DNA from: Candidatus Poribacteria bacterium
GTDB lineage: Bacteria; Poribacteria; WGA-4E; JAJDTR01
Direction: 5' to 3'
DNA length: 64,000 nucleotides
NCBI GenBank assembly: GCA_965204085.1
Contig: CBDBEE010000003.1
Location: 1,068,173 to 1,132,172 of the forward strand
Under the pieces are notes generated by a model that saw only the letters and a list, made by a program, of their open reading frames with translations, did not search any database and was not told the origin of the DNA. This document shows, one piece after another, positions 53,576-62,689 of the stretch. Within the stretch, counting starts at the first letter, position 1; every line of letters begins with the position of its first letter. Made by a program: the position numbers and the translations under genes.

Positions 53576-56500
53576 ATGTTAGTGGCAAAAATTAGGCTGG
53601 AAATGAGGATACGGGCAAGCGGGAAGGTTGGGCCGAAAAGCAGCGGAATCAACAGGCAAAGGCAAAGTTGGGGGATGGGGCTCCACGGCTTCGTACTCGC
53701 ATTCTATTTCATACATCGTATCCTACTCAAAGCAGTTCGCTATCCTCCCCGTGTTCCATGTCGCCATCGTGTTGACTCGTGTGCCTTCTCCAAGGATCGG
53801 CACCTGACAGTACAAGCTTTCCTGAAACCGGCCTTCTTGATCGGGTTTGCGTGTCTATTCCTCCCAATTGATGCTGTCCGCGCTCAAGTTCAATCCCCCC
53901 TTCCAAATAACACAAGCGAAGCCTCCACTTCATCTCCGGAAGACCAATCTAAAACAGATGAAGCCGCGAATGCCCCGTTAACAGACGAGAAGAAATCCTC
54001 CACAGCCAGGTTGGATCTCAAACGTGATGTGCCCGAAGAGGGTACAGTCATCGCGGGCGGCGATCAAACCTCCATGTCAGATAACTTCGTGCAGATCCAC
54101 GGCAACGCAGTGATAAAATCCGAAGACGTTATACTGTATGCCGATCACGTCTGGGCGGATTTCAACGACAACATTATGCGCGCGTCGGGAAACGTAAGGC
54201 TCATTGTTGGAACGGAGGAGACTTTTTCCGATGAACTGATTTTTGATTTGGAGACAAAAAAGGGTATCGCACGAGATGGATTCACATTTGACGATCCGTG
54301 GTATTTTGGCGGTTCAGAAATCTTCAAGATTGAAGACGACGAGTCCTACATTCGCGGAGGTAGGCTGACAACCTGTTCCTTGAAACATCCGCATTTCTAT
54401 TTCTCTGCCTCCCAAATCGTCGTTAAAATCAACAAGGAACTAATTGCCAAGAATATTGTGCTGAATGTCGGAGGTGTGCCGCTCTTCTACTTTCCCCTGA
54501 TTCGCCGCGACCTGCGGAAAGAGGACAAGCTCGCTAAAATCATTGTTAAACTTGGCACCCAAAGTTATCAGGGGCCTTACCTTAGTATCATCCTACCGAT
54601 TGTCCGCCGCCACCGCTATTCGGCAGAACTGCTGTTTGATCAGAGCACAAGACGCGGGCGTGGCGGAGGAACGCAAGCCAAATACCGTGTAAACGATGTT
54701 AAGTTTCAAGAACTTTACATCCCGATTCCGCTTGAAGCAACGCCGAGCCAACGTGCGCTGCTTAAGGAAAAAGCGGATGAACTTTCAGATCGCTTGAAGG
54801 GAGAGTATGATAATTTCAAACTACGTGAGGTTTTTTTGAAGTATCGAATCACGGAGGTAGATATCGAACAAGCGCGTGAGGAGGCCGAGAATATCTACGC
54901 CCAACTTCAGGAAGAAAATGCGGACTTCGGCGGGATTGCTCAACAGAACTCGGACCATCAGGAAACCCGCTATCGACAGGGCGATATGGGATTTCTCGTA
55001 CTTGGCGAACGAAATAAAGAAGGTAAACTGCAATTGGATCCCATGCTTGAGGAAGTAGCCTTCCGCCTTCGGCCGGGCGAAATGAGCCCGATACTACGCA
55101 CCGATTTCGCCTTTCACATTCTACGAGTGGACCAAGTGCTTGACATCTACGGGGAACACGAGGTTCGAGTAAGACGTATTGACATTGCCATTAAACCGAG
55201 CAAGGAAACGCGAGACACCATTCGAGCCAATGGAAAAGAGATTCAAGAGCGCGCAACTGCAGGGGAACCAATAGAGGAACTTGTCGCCGAATATGATGGT
55301 GCCGTGATGAATGTTGTAAATAACGGTGAATTGACGCCCTTAAACGAAATGGACCAGCGCTGGCGGCATTCTGTTCGGCGGTTAAAGCAGCCCGGTGAAA
55401 TCACACTGCCGGTCTTTACCGACCGAGGTGTTCATATATTTCAACTGATTGAGAAGGAGTCCACACCCACATTTGAGGAGGTTGCTGCGCAATTTCAAGC
55501 GGAATGGGAAGTATTAAAGCAGGATTTACCCGCACTGAAAACGAAACAGGATCGAGTTGAAGGTGAGTCACCAAGACGTAATGAAGAGTCCTCGAATGTA
55601 GAAAACGATTCGGAGAGCACCAATGTGAGTTCGGAGGATGCAGAAGAGGAAGAGGAGGTACAGGTTTACAAAGATCATGGCTTTCGAGGCAGGTGGGAGG
55701 ATCCGCGGGAAGTCGCTGCGCAAGCACAACGACTCGATAGAGGAGAAACCAGCCGCGTCATTAAGGCAACCGACGGATTTCGTCTGATAAAAGTGGAAAA
55801 AAAACGTGCCTATCGAGGCGATTTTCTCTTCCTATCCCAAGATAAGTACGCAGGAACGCGTCAAGAGCCGATCAAAACGGGGCAACAGTGGACAATGCGA
55901 TGGGGGCACCATCACAAAATCTTCACGCCTTGGGATAATCGAGCGGAGGGTCGAAGTCCATTAAGTTTTAATGGACGTGTTGCATGGTATGCGAGAACCC
56001 TCAAAGAAGGGTTTGGTACGTCCGAGTCCACACTGAATTCCTTTGGAATCTTCACTTGGGGATCTGCCCTGACAGGTGTGGATACTCATGACCTTGACCC
56101 CGATGAAAATCTCAAATTTTCGCGCAAGCGATTTGGGTCTTTCCTTTCTCGCTTGGAGGTTAAACACACATTGGATTTCACGGGGGAAGGCACGACAACC
56201 CTCCAGAAACTACCTCAACTTTCGATGCAATTTTCACAGATGCAATTCGATCAACTTCCGCTGTTCAAAACTGCAAATTCCGGGTTGACCAAGGTTGCGG
56301 AAAAACTGAATACAGATCTACCGATTCTTTCGATGTTTGCTTTTCCCACGCTGGACAACACGCGCTTTGACCTTGATTTTGTATTCGGCAACTTCTTCAA
56401 GCATCGCTTCCGCAGTGAACGAGATGTATTCTTGCAAACACTGGATGTAGGGTTCGACCTTACCAAACAGACCACGCTTCAGATAACGCCGTACCGGGAA

Positions 56501-57445
56501 TTCCGCTTTGATTTGAGTTATGATAGCAACCTCATTTGGCATGCCAAGGATACAGAGGGAAATCGGAACATCCTCCGTGGCGTTTATAGTCTCAGGGCAA
56601 GAGGTAGTAACACCCTATTTAGGATTTACGACATTAGCTTCATTCCGGGGGCGCGACGCATGCGGCATCAAATCCAGTCGAGCCTATCTTTTGATTATCA
56701 ACCTCCTGTCGACAAAAACAACAACCTATATCCATTTGGTCCAAGCACGTATTTCTTTGAAAGAAAAAGACTATCCTATAATTTCCGTTCAAGTTTTGAG
56801 GTGAAAACTCGGCGCAGCAAACGGCCCCTGTCGCTGATTGATTTCGATACAAGGTTACTAGCAGATTTTAGCGGGAATACCGTAAGGAACCGAACGTATG
56901 AACCAATCAGAAGTGATGTGACAGTTACTCCGCTAGCGAGCCGAAACCTAAGGATTACAGTTGACATGACACACGATCCGAATCTTGACTCCGTAAGCGG
57001 TAAGCGTTTCAAAATGACTGAGTTCTCTTCCTACGTCCGTTATGGCCGCAAAATGTGGAACATGAGCCTCGGAAGTGCGTTCAGCAAGCGGCTCACCTCG
57101 ACTCGGGCCTCTAGGAGAATACTTGGAAGTTTGCGATATTCTCCGAGTAGGTTGCTGAGCATCACCGCCAATATCACCTATGACTGGATTGAAAGACAGT
57201 TTTACCGCCAACAGATATCCATTCAACGAAATCTACACGATTGGAATCTGCGTGTTTCGTGGTATCGTATCGGCAAGACGCGCAAAGATTTCACGCTTCA
57301 ACTGAATTTAATCGCGGACCCCACCGCATCGGTCGGATTTGGCTACGACGCCACCACGGAAAGTTGGGGTTTCAGGACTCTGCCCGCCGGTGTCCCGTAC
57401 AACGCCTTCAGCGCCAGAAACGCGCTTAGTAGATCTTACTTCTGA
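53576..57445 (+). CDS. lptD: LPS-assembly protein LptD homolog with inserted tandem parvulin-like domains
   Basis: OstA/LptD N-terminal domain (HGNAVIKSEDVILYADHVWADFNDNIMRASGNV...RLTTCSLKHPHFYFSASQIVV...GGVPLFYFPL). ~350-aa insertion with parvulin signatures (ADFGGIAQQNSDHQETRYRQGDMGF...FAFHILRV; GVHIFQLI; DGFRLIKV). Large C-terminal barrel. Start codon uncertain; the signal-like segment is FLIGFACLFLPIDAVRAQ. Confidence 0.75.
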   Translation: MLVAKIRLEMRIRASGKVGPKSSGINRQRQSWGMGLHGFVLAFYFIHRILLKAVRYPPRVPCRHRVDSCAFSKDRHLTVQAFLKPAFLIGFACLFLPIDAVRAQVQSPLPNNTSEASTSSPEDQSKTDEAANAPLTDEKKSSTARLDLKRDVPEEGTVIAGGDQTSMSDNFVQIHGNAVIKSEDVILYADHVWADFNDNIMRASGNVRLIVGTEETFSDELIFDLETKKGIARDGFTFDDPWYFGGSEIFKIEDDESYIRGGRLTTCSLKHPHFYFSASQIVVKINKELIAKNIVLNVGGVPLFYFPLIRRDLRKEDKLAKIIVKLGTQSYQGPYLSIILPIVRRHRYSAELLFDQSTRRGRGGGTQAKYRVNDVKFQELYIPIPLEATPSQRALLKEKADELSDRLKGEYDNFKLREVFLKYRITEVDIEQAREEAENIYAQLQEENADFGGIAQQNSDHQETRYRQGDMGFLVLGERNKEGKLQLDPMLEEVAFRLRPGEMSPILRTDFAFHILRVDQVLDIYGEHEVRVRRIDIAIKPSKETRDTIRANGKEIQERATAGEPIEELVAEYDGAVMNVVNNGELTPLNEMDQRWRHSVRRLKQPGEITLPVFTDRGVHIFQLIEKESTPTFEEVAAQFQAEWEVLKQDLPALKTKQDRVEGESPRRNEESSNVENDSESTNVSSEDAEEEEEVQVYKDHGFRGRWEDPREVAAQAQRLDRGETSRVIKATDGFRLIKVEKKRAYRGDFLFLSQDKYAGTRQEPIKTGQQWTMRWGHHHKIFTPWDNRAEGRSPLSFNGRVAWYARTLKEGFGTSESTLNSFGIFTWGSALTGVDTHDLDPDENLKFSRKRFGSFLSRLEVKHTLDFTGEGTTTLQKLPQLSMQFSQMQFDQLPLFKTANSGLTKVAEKLNTDLPILSMFAFPTLDNTRFDLDFVFGNFFKHRFRSERDVFLQTLDVGFDLTKQTTLQITPYREFRFDLSYDSNLIWHAKDTEGNRNILRGVYSLRARGSNTLFRIYDISFIPGARRMRHQIQSSLSFDYQPPVDKNNNLYPFGPSTYFFERKRLSYNFRSSFEVKTRRSKRPLSLIDFDTRLLADFSGNTVRNRTYEPIRSDVTVTPLASRNLRITVDMTHDPNLDSVSGKRFKMTEFSSYVRYGRKMWNMSLGSAFSKRLTSTRASRRILGSLRYSPSRLLSITANITYDWIERQFYRQQISIQRNLHDWNLRVSWYRIGKTRKDFTLQLNLIADPTASVGFGYDATTESWGFRTLPAGVPYNAFSARNALSRSYF

Positions 57446-57673
57446 TCCGATTTCTCGGCACGCCAGCGCGCCATGTCAGCAAACCATCACCACTCCACAT
57501 AATCATTTATAGAATTTGTGCAGCCCTCTGTAGGAGAGATTTTCGAATCGCGACATCTCCCGTGTGCTGTAAATTGGGTTGAATGGACTTTCACGATAAA
57601 AACCGAGAATTTGGCCAACATTCGGAGTTTTCGTTTCGCTTCGGCTCTCCGAAATCTGAGTGAAATCCTACTT

Positions 57674-57844
57674 ATATCATTTCTCTTGAATTACAGTGTA
57701 TATGATGTCTGAATTTTATCGATCACTTTCTACGTAGGCGGGAATCAACCGAACGAATAGTGAGGGCGATAGAGATCCCCTTGCCCCGCCTCGGAAGGAC
57801 TTAATTGACGCTACTAATGCACTGCGAATGTAGAGAAATGGTAT
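57674..57844. repeat. Family-B MITE-like element, copy 2, with a nested family-D insertion
   Basis: The ends match copy 1 (atatcatttctcttgaat...tagagaaatggtat). The central hairpin is split by aatcaaccgaacgaatagtgagggcgatagagatcc (57743-57778). Confidence 0.7.
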
Positions 57845-57898
57845 TACTACATAAACAGGTTTCACCGCCCGGTGGCATACCAATCTCGGCTCGACTCC

Positions 57899-58642
57899 TC
57901 AGGTGATGTTTGCCTCGAAAGAGGAGATTATTCCCTCATAGATTGACAGATATTCATCATAGCGATTCGCCGGCGCCCAGTAAAGAAATCGAAAAATCTT
58001 GTCCGGATCTGTTCTAGTCCGCAAGAGTAAGGTATAAACGATTTTGCTGTCATCCGCCTTTACAGTCGCTTTTAGCGATTGCGCTGTTCCAACGCTCGTA
58101 ATGATGCTTTCTTCCGATGTGTCTGTAAGAAACTCCTTTTTCTGTTCGATATACAGTGCAATGAACTCCCGCATCGAACTTCGATCCGGTACGGTTTGAC
58201 CTTCGATCGAGATAGACATAAATGGCGTTTGGTTGTCAAATGCCTTTCGGAAGCTATTCTGATAGTTTTGTTCAGTTGGTTGCATGAGTAGGTAGGTTTC
58301 GCTCGGAGGGGAGTCCGCTTTTATTTGGTGTAGTAAGACAAAAGGTCTGTCCCTCTTGCTGGCCAATGCCTCGTCCCATTCAGCAATCCTTATCAAATCT
58401 TCCGGATCGGATCTAACCAAAATTGTCCAGTCATCTACAGGTAGATTGGAAACTTTGAACACATGCCTCTGGTTCCTATATGTGTCGTCATGAAGCCCCA
58501 GAGGTGATTTAGGTTTGTCCATCCCTAATGGAGTGGAGGAGCCATCTGGTGATTCCGACTCACCGCCGCCACAACCAATTGTCATCGAACTCACCAAACA
58601 CGCAACCCAGACAAAGCGCATCAAACCTTTCACAATAATCAA
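57899..58642 (-). CDS. Hypothetical lipoprotein
   Basis: Lipobox MTIGCGGGES. No recognisable domain. Confidence 0.5.
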   Translation of the reverse strand: MIIVKGLMRFVWVACLVSSMTIGCGGGESESPDGSSTPLGMDKPKSPLGLHDDTYRNQRHVFKVSNLPVDDWTILVRSDPEDLIRIAEWDEALASKRDRPFVLLHQIKADSPPSETYLLMQPTEQNYQNSFRKAFDNQTPFMSISIEGQTVPDRSSMREFIALYIEQKKEFLTDTSEESIITSVGTAQSLKATVKADDSKIVYTLLLRTRTDPDKIFRFLYWAPANRYDEYLSIYEGIISSFEANIT

Positions 58643-59053
58643 GCCTCCAAAAATCTTAGCTAAGTTTCCAATTCATACAGCATTCCAAACCAGAGTTTGA
58701 AGTAGCTCTCCGTCCCAATGCTTTCTCGCATTCTGTCGTTTTCAGAATTCCTTCCAATGGTAACATGGCCCCCTTTCTTTTTCAAAGTTTTCAAGACATC
58801 AATAGTGGGCTGTTCAACATCTTGATGTCGTATAATTCGGGGATTTTAAATCAGATCCTTTTTTGACTGAAGCGGGGTGGCGTACGGACAAAAAAAACGT
58901 CGCCGCTGGATTCCCGGTAACAGTACGAATAAGCGCTTGACAAGCATTCGGAATAGTGCTAGAATCCGTTCTGTTGTTATTAAGTCACCGTGTATTTTGT
59001 CCATTGTCACACTAAAAACTCCACTCTCTGAATCTTCAAGGAGGTTACGGAAA

Positions 59054-60037
59054 ATGTGTATCTCAGTCACAAAATCAAGGATCGCATATGTGGCATTGAT
59101 GATGTTTATCTTCGGTGTTGGCACCATGAGTTACGCCAAGGTTCTGGAAGTCGGTGATTCTGCGGAAACTCACAACAAACTCTTGGAGAATCCGGATACA
59201 TGGGATGACACAATCCCCGTGAAGGGAAAGACCGAACTTGCCCGAGACGTAGGATTTGAGACGGCGAACGATCCGGGCGGTGCGTCGGTCGCTTTTCCCG
59301 GCGCTGGCAATATCGGAAACAACGTTGGTTTCATGGGTGTCGAGTACGGTGATGAGCTCGGTGGTGAACAGTTTGTCCAAATAACCGCTGACCCGGTGGC
59401 AGCACATGAATTTCGGTATATGACCCTCGCTACGAGTCACACCGGCGAAAAAACCAACGCCACTATTGGCATCTACGCCTACCCTGGATTTGGCCACGCA
59501 TCGCCCGGCAACGGAGGCGCGTGGATTGACCTGCACGGGATGAAGTTGTCCGAACTCAACGGTGAGTCGAAACACGCACAAGCCTGTTGGGACAACACAC
59601 TCTCTATCGGAAACCACGAGAATGTCAACTGGTGGAAAAAACCCGGCGCACGTGAAGATGGCGGCGGAAACAGTTTCTTTACCCCAATCAATGTTGACGC
59701 AAATGGTGACACCTTTGGCGATCTGCCCGTGGAATGGCGCTTCTTCGTATTTGATTTGGCTCAAAAGGCTATCAACGAGTGTCATTACAACGACGATTGT
59801 AAAGTGGGGACCTGGGATTGGGAGTCATGGTCCTACGAATCCGACCAAGAAGATGTCGGCGGGTTTGCCTACTTTGACGCCTTCTACTTCACTCAGACTG
59901 CCGATGAAGCCTGTGGAATCGGCGGGCTTGCCACATGTGTTGACTCAATCTCTGGCAACACCGTTGGAAGCGGAACGGGCGTCGAACCTACGGGCAAGGC
60001 GAGTACCTTCTGGGGCAGAATCAAGAGTTCGCGATAA
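59054..60037 (+). CDS. Secreted protein of unknown function ending in a (S/T)xWGxIK motif
   Basis: AAGGAGG RBS before ATG 59054. Signal peptide (IAYVALMMFIFGVGTMSYA). C-terminus TGKASTFWGRIKSSR. Confidence 0.6.
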   Translation: MCISVTKSRIAYVALMMFIFGVGTMSYAKVLEVGDSAETHNKLLENPDTWDDTIPVKGKTELARDVGFETANDPGGASVAFPGAGNIGNNVGFMGVEYGDELGGEQFVQITADPVAAHEFRYMTLATSHTGEKTNATIGIYAYPGFGHASPGNGGAWIDLHGMKLSELNGESKHAQACWDNTLSIGNHENVNWWKKPGAREDGGGNSFFTPINVDANGDTFGDLPVEWRFFVFDLAQKAINECHYNDDCKVGTWDWESWSYESDQEDVGGFAYFDAFYFTQTADEACGIGGLATCVDSISGNTVGSGTGVEPTGKASTFWGRIKSSR

Positions 60038-60463
60038 AGTTCAGTCTAATCTTGAGTGAGGTTTAAATTCGCTTCGCTGCATGTCTGTAGCCCAATTTTC
60101 TTGCTCAACAATGTGGATAATCAGTCCGCATGGTGGCGATGGAAAGTTGGGCTACACCTCCAAACAACTACGGTGCCACAGGAGTCTATGCGTAGCGAGT
60201 TGGCTCCCTTGGAATCGCCGCTACCATCTCTCCTCGGTTGAAAGTCGCAACCGTAACTCCCCACCAGCAATTCGCCTCCTCTCAATCAACCCGGCAACCC
60301 GCCGCACTATCAGATAAGTCTCGAAAAGTGACACCAAGCAAGATGGTCGGGAGGTAAACATCAACCATAGAAAACGATTGATTCCCCCACACAACATCAT
60401 GGTGATGAGAACTTCAACACGCAATGAAGCAATGCATGGCATACGAACGCGATCACGTTCGGT

Positions 60464-61367
60464 ATGTGTAATCTGCTTGGATTTCTCGTTGCTGCCGAAG
60501 TAGGGAGTGTCGGCGAAGTGCTGATGTTAATTGACGATGAAGATAGTATCAAACTCTTATTTGACGATGCCAAATACTGGGACGATTCGAAACGAAAAGA
60601 CACAACCCTCGAACTACTGGCGAATAAGGGTTCATTCCCGACAAAGCTGGACCGAAAAGGCGCGGTGGTCGCATTTCGGGGGCCCGGAAATGCCGGGAAC
60701 GACGTGGGCTATTTGGCTAGATCCGGTTTGCTCAGAGAGGGATTTGCGCTGATTACCAAGAATCCTGTTGAATCAAATGAATTTCGCTACTTCACCACCG
60801 CCTTGAAACACGATGGGAAGAAAAGCTACATGTAAATCGGCATCATCGGATTTCCAGGGTTTTCTCATAACGATGGCGTACACAAGAACGCTTGTTGGGA
60901 CCATAGATTGTCGTTTGGAAATCATAGGAATTGCGCCGATTGGAATGATTTCTCTTTCACGTCGGTAACCGAGGATGCCGCAGGAAACAACCTTGGTGAT
61001 ACTCTCCCTACTGACTAGGCATTCTATATCATTGATTTAGCAGAGTGGGCAGAGAGAGATTGCGTATATAAAACGACTATAAAAAAGGGAATTGGAGGTT
61101 CGAGGCATGGGATTTTGAAGCGGATCATCCCGAAGATGTTGGTGGGGTCGCTTATTTCGACGCTATGTATCCTCACGCAAACCAAAAGGGAAGCTGTAAA
61201 CTTGGGAAGGCTGGGATTCGCTGTTTTACCCGTGGATAAAGTAGCCGCGACTTGGGGGAATATCAGCCCAATATTAATTTCTGTTGACACTTCATCGTTG
61301 CACGAGGGCGTACCCGTCTCTAAGAAAACAAAATCCAGCGATTGGGGACGCATAAAAAACCGTAGGG
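60464..61367 (+). pseudogene. Decayed tandem paralog of 59054..60037
   Basis: Homologous pieces lie in different frames, separated by stops: KYWDDS...AVVAFRGPGNAGNDVGY...ESNEFRYFTTALKHDGKKS; IGIIGFPGFSHNDG...ACWDHRLSFGNHRN; WDFEADHPEDVGGVAYFDAMY; KVAATWGNIS; SSDWGRIKNRR. Confidence 0.65.
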
Positions 61368-61440
61368 GTCATGAGTGGCAACACAGCCTATGAAGTGTCC
61401 ATCCCAAATATGACTGTGATAGCTGAGGAGGGCGTACAGA

Positions 61441-62259
61441 ATGAAAGTAAAATACGGGTTCATCGGTGCTATTTTTCTGTTTATGGTTACCGTATGTGTC
61501 GGTCCGAGCTATTCCGAGATAAACCTTGAGACAGCGGTGCTCGTGGCGCTTTTTGATGACCAAGCGAATCCGGGCTTTGATTCTTCCCCCGCGCAGAACC
61601 ACGCGCTAGAACTCAAGCAAGTCAAATGGGTTGGTAGAAGGCATCGTGGGGTGCGTACCGGCTTCATAATATTTGATGGTGCCGGATATGTTGATTTCGG
61701 GGCGGATGCCAGCTTGGGAGGTTTAGGAAAATTCACAATTACGGCGCTGATTAAGTTTGACAATTTCGGGGGCGTTGAGCCGTTTCAGGTGATTGCGGCT
61801 AAAGGTAGAGAAAACGCCGAATGGCAATTCCTTGTGTCTGATGCAGGCAAACTGGCTTCCAATCTCGGCTTTCGTAACATCGGTCAGGGACGACTTGAAG
61901 GAAAGCAGAAGCTTGATACCGGCGTCTGGCACCACGTCGCCTATACCTATGACGGGGAAAAAAGAAGGTTGTATCTGGATGGCGAAATAGATACCGAGGG
62001 CAAGACCGAGAAAGGGCGAGTACGGGCAGATGCCGATCACGTTCTAGTCGGTTCTTTCGTGCTGTGGCAACTCCAATGGTGGTTGAAAGCTTCATTGGAA
62101 GAGATTGCGATATTCAATGTCGCCCTTGATGCTACAGACATGAAAGCCATTTCGGATAGAGGTCTCGCCGATGTGCTCGGTTTCTTATCAGTTACTCCGA
62201 AAGACCGACTCGCATCAACATGGGCAATGATTAAGACTGATCGCCAAACTGGCAATTGA
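61441..62259 (+). CDS. LamG/concanavalin-A-like lectin domain protein
   Basis: Signal peptide. FDGAGYVDFG...FTITALIKFD...GVWHHVAYTYDGEKRRLYLDGE...LEEIAIFNVALDATDMKAI. C-terminal RLASTWAMIKTD motif. Confidence 0.75.
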   Translation: MKVKYGFIGAIFLFMVTVCVGPSYSEINLETAVLVALFDDQANPGFDSSPAQNHALELKQVKWVGRRHRGVRTGFIIFDGAGYVDFGADASLGGLGKFTITALIKFDNFGGVEPFQVIAAKGRENAEWQFLVSDAGKLASNLGFRNIGQGRLEGKQKLDTGVWHHVAYTYDGEKRRLYLDGEIDTEGKTEKGRVRADADHVLVGSFVLWQLQWWLKASLEEIAIFNVALDATDMKAISDRGLADVLGFLSVTPKDRLASTWAMIKTDRQTGN

Positions 62260-62288
62260 ACACCGACAATCAGGTTAATCCCATTATC

Positions 62289-62342
62289 CATCAAGCGAGT
62301 GAATAGATCGAGTCACCGAATAGAAAACGCGATATAGATTCC
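62289..62342. repeat. Family-D dispersed repeat units
   Basis: atcaagcgagtgaatagatcgagtcaccgaatagaaaacgcgatatagattcc. Confidence 0.5.
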
Positions 62343-62689
62343 ATAAATCGCAGTTTTAGAAAATCACCATCCATTTGAAAAGTTAACCATAAAGCCAATT
62401 CCGAAAATCTCTTCGCGGGCATAGTTGGTCCAACCTTTGCAACTTCACGAAGGTCGGTGTACGTAAACTAATTCTACAAATCTACGGCACTGCATGATAT
62501 GGTAAAGGCCTCTCATATGCCAGTGCCCTACCTACGTTTGTTCACATTCCAGCGCTCTGAGGTATTTTCCTATCCCGGTTCAACCCGCGGCAATCATGCC
62601 AGAAGTGATAGGCAATTCCAATAGAATCCCTTCCCGATAGTTACAACCAATGTTCCCGTTCGGTCAGTTGAATAGCTTCTAACATATTC

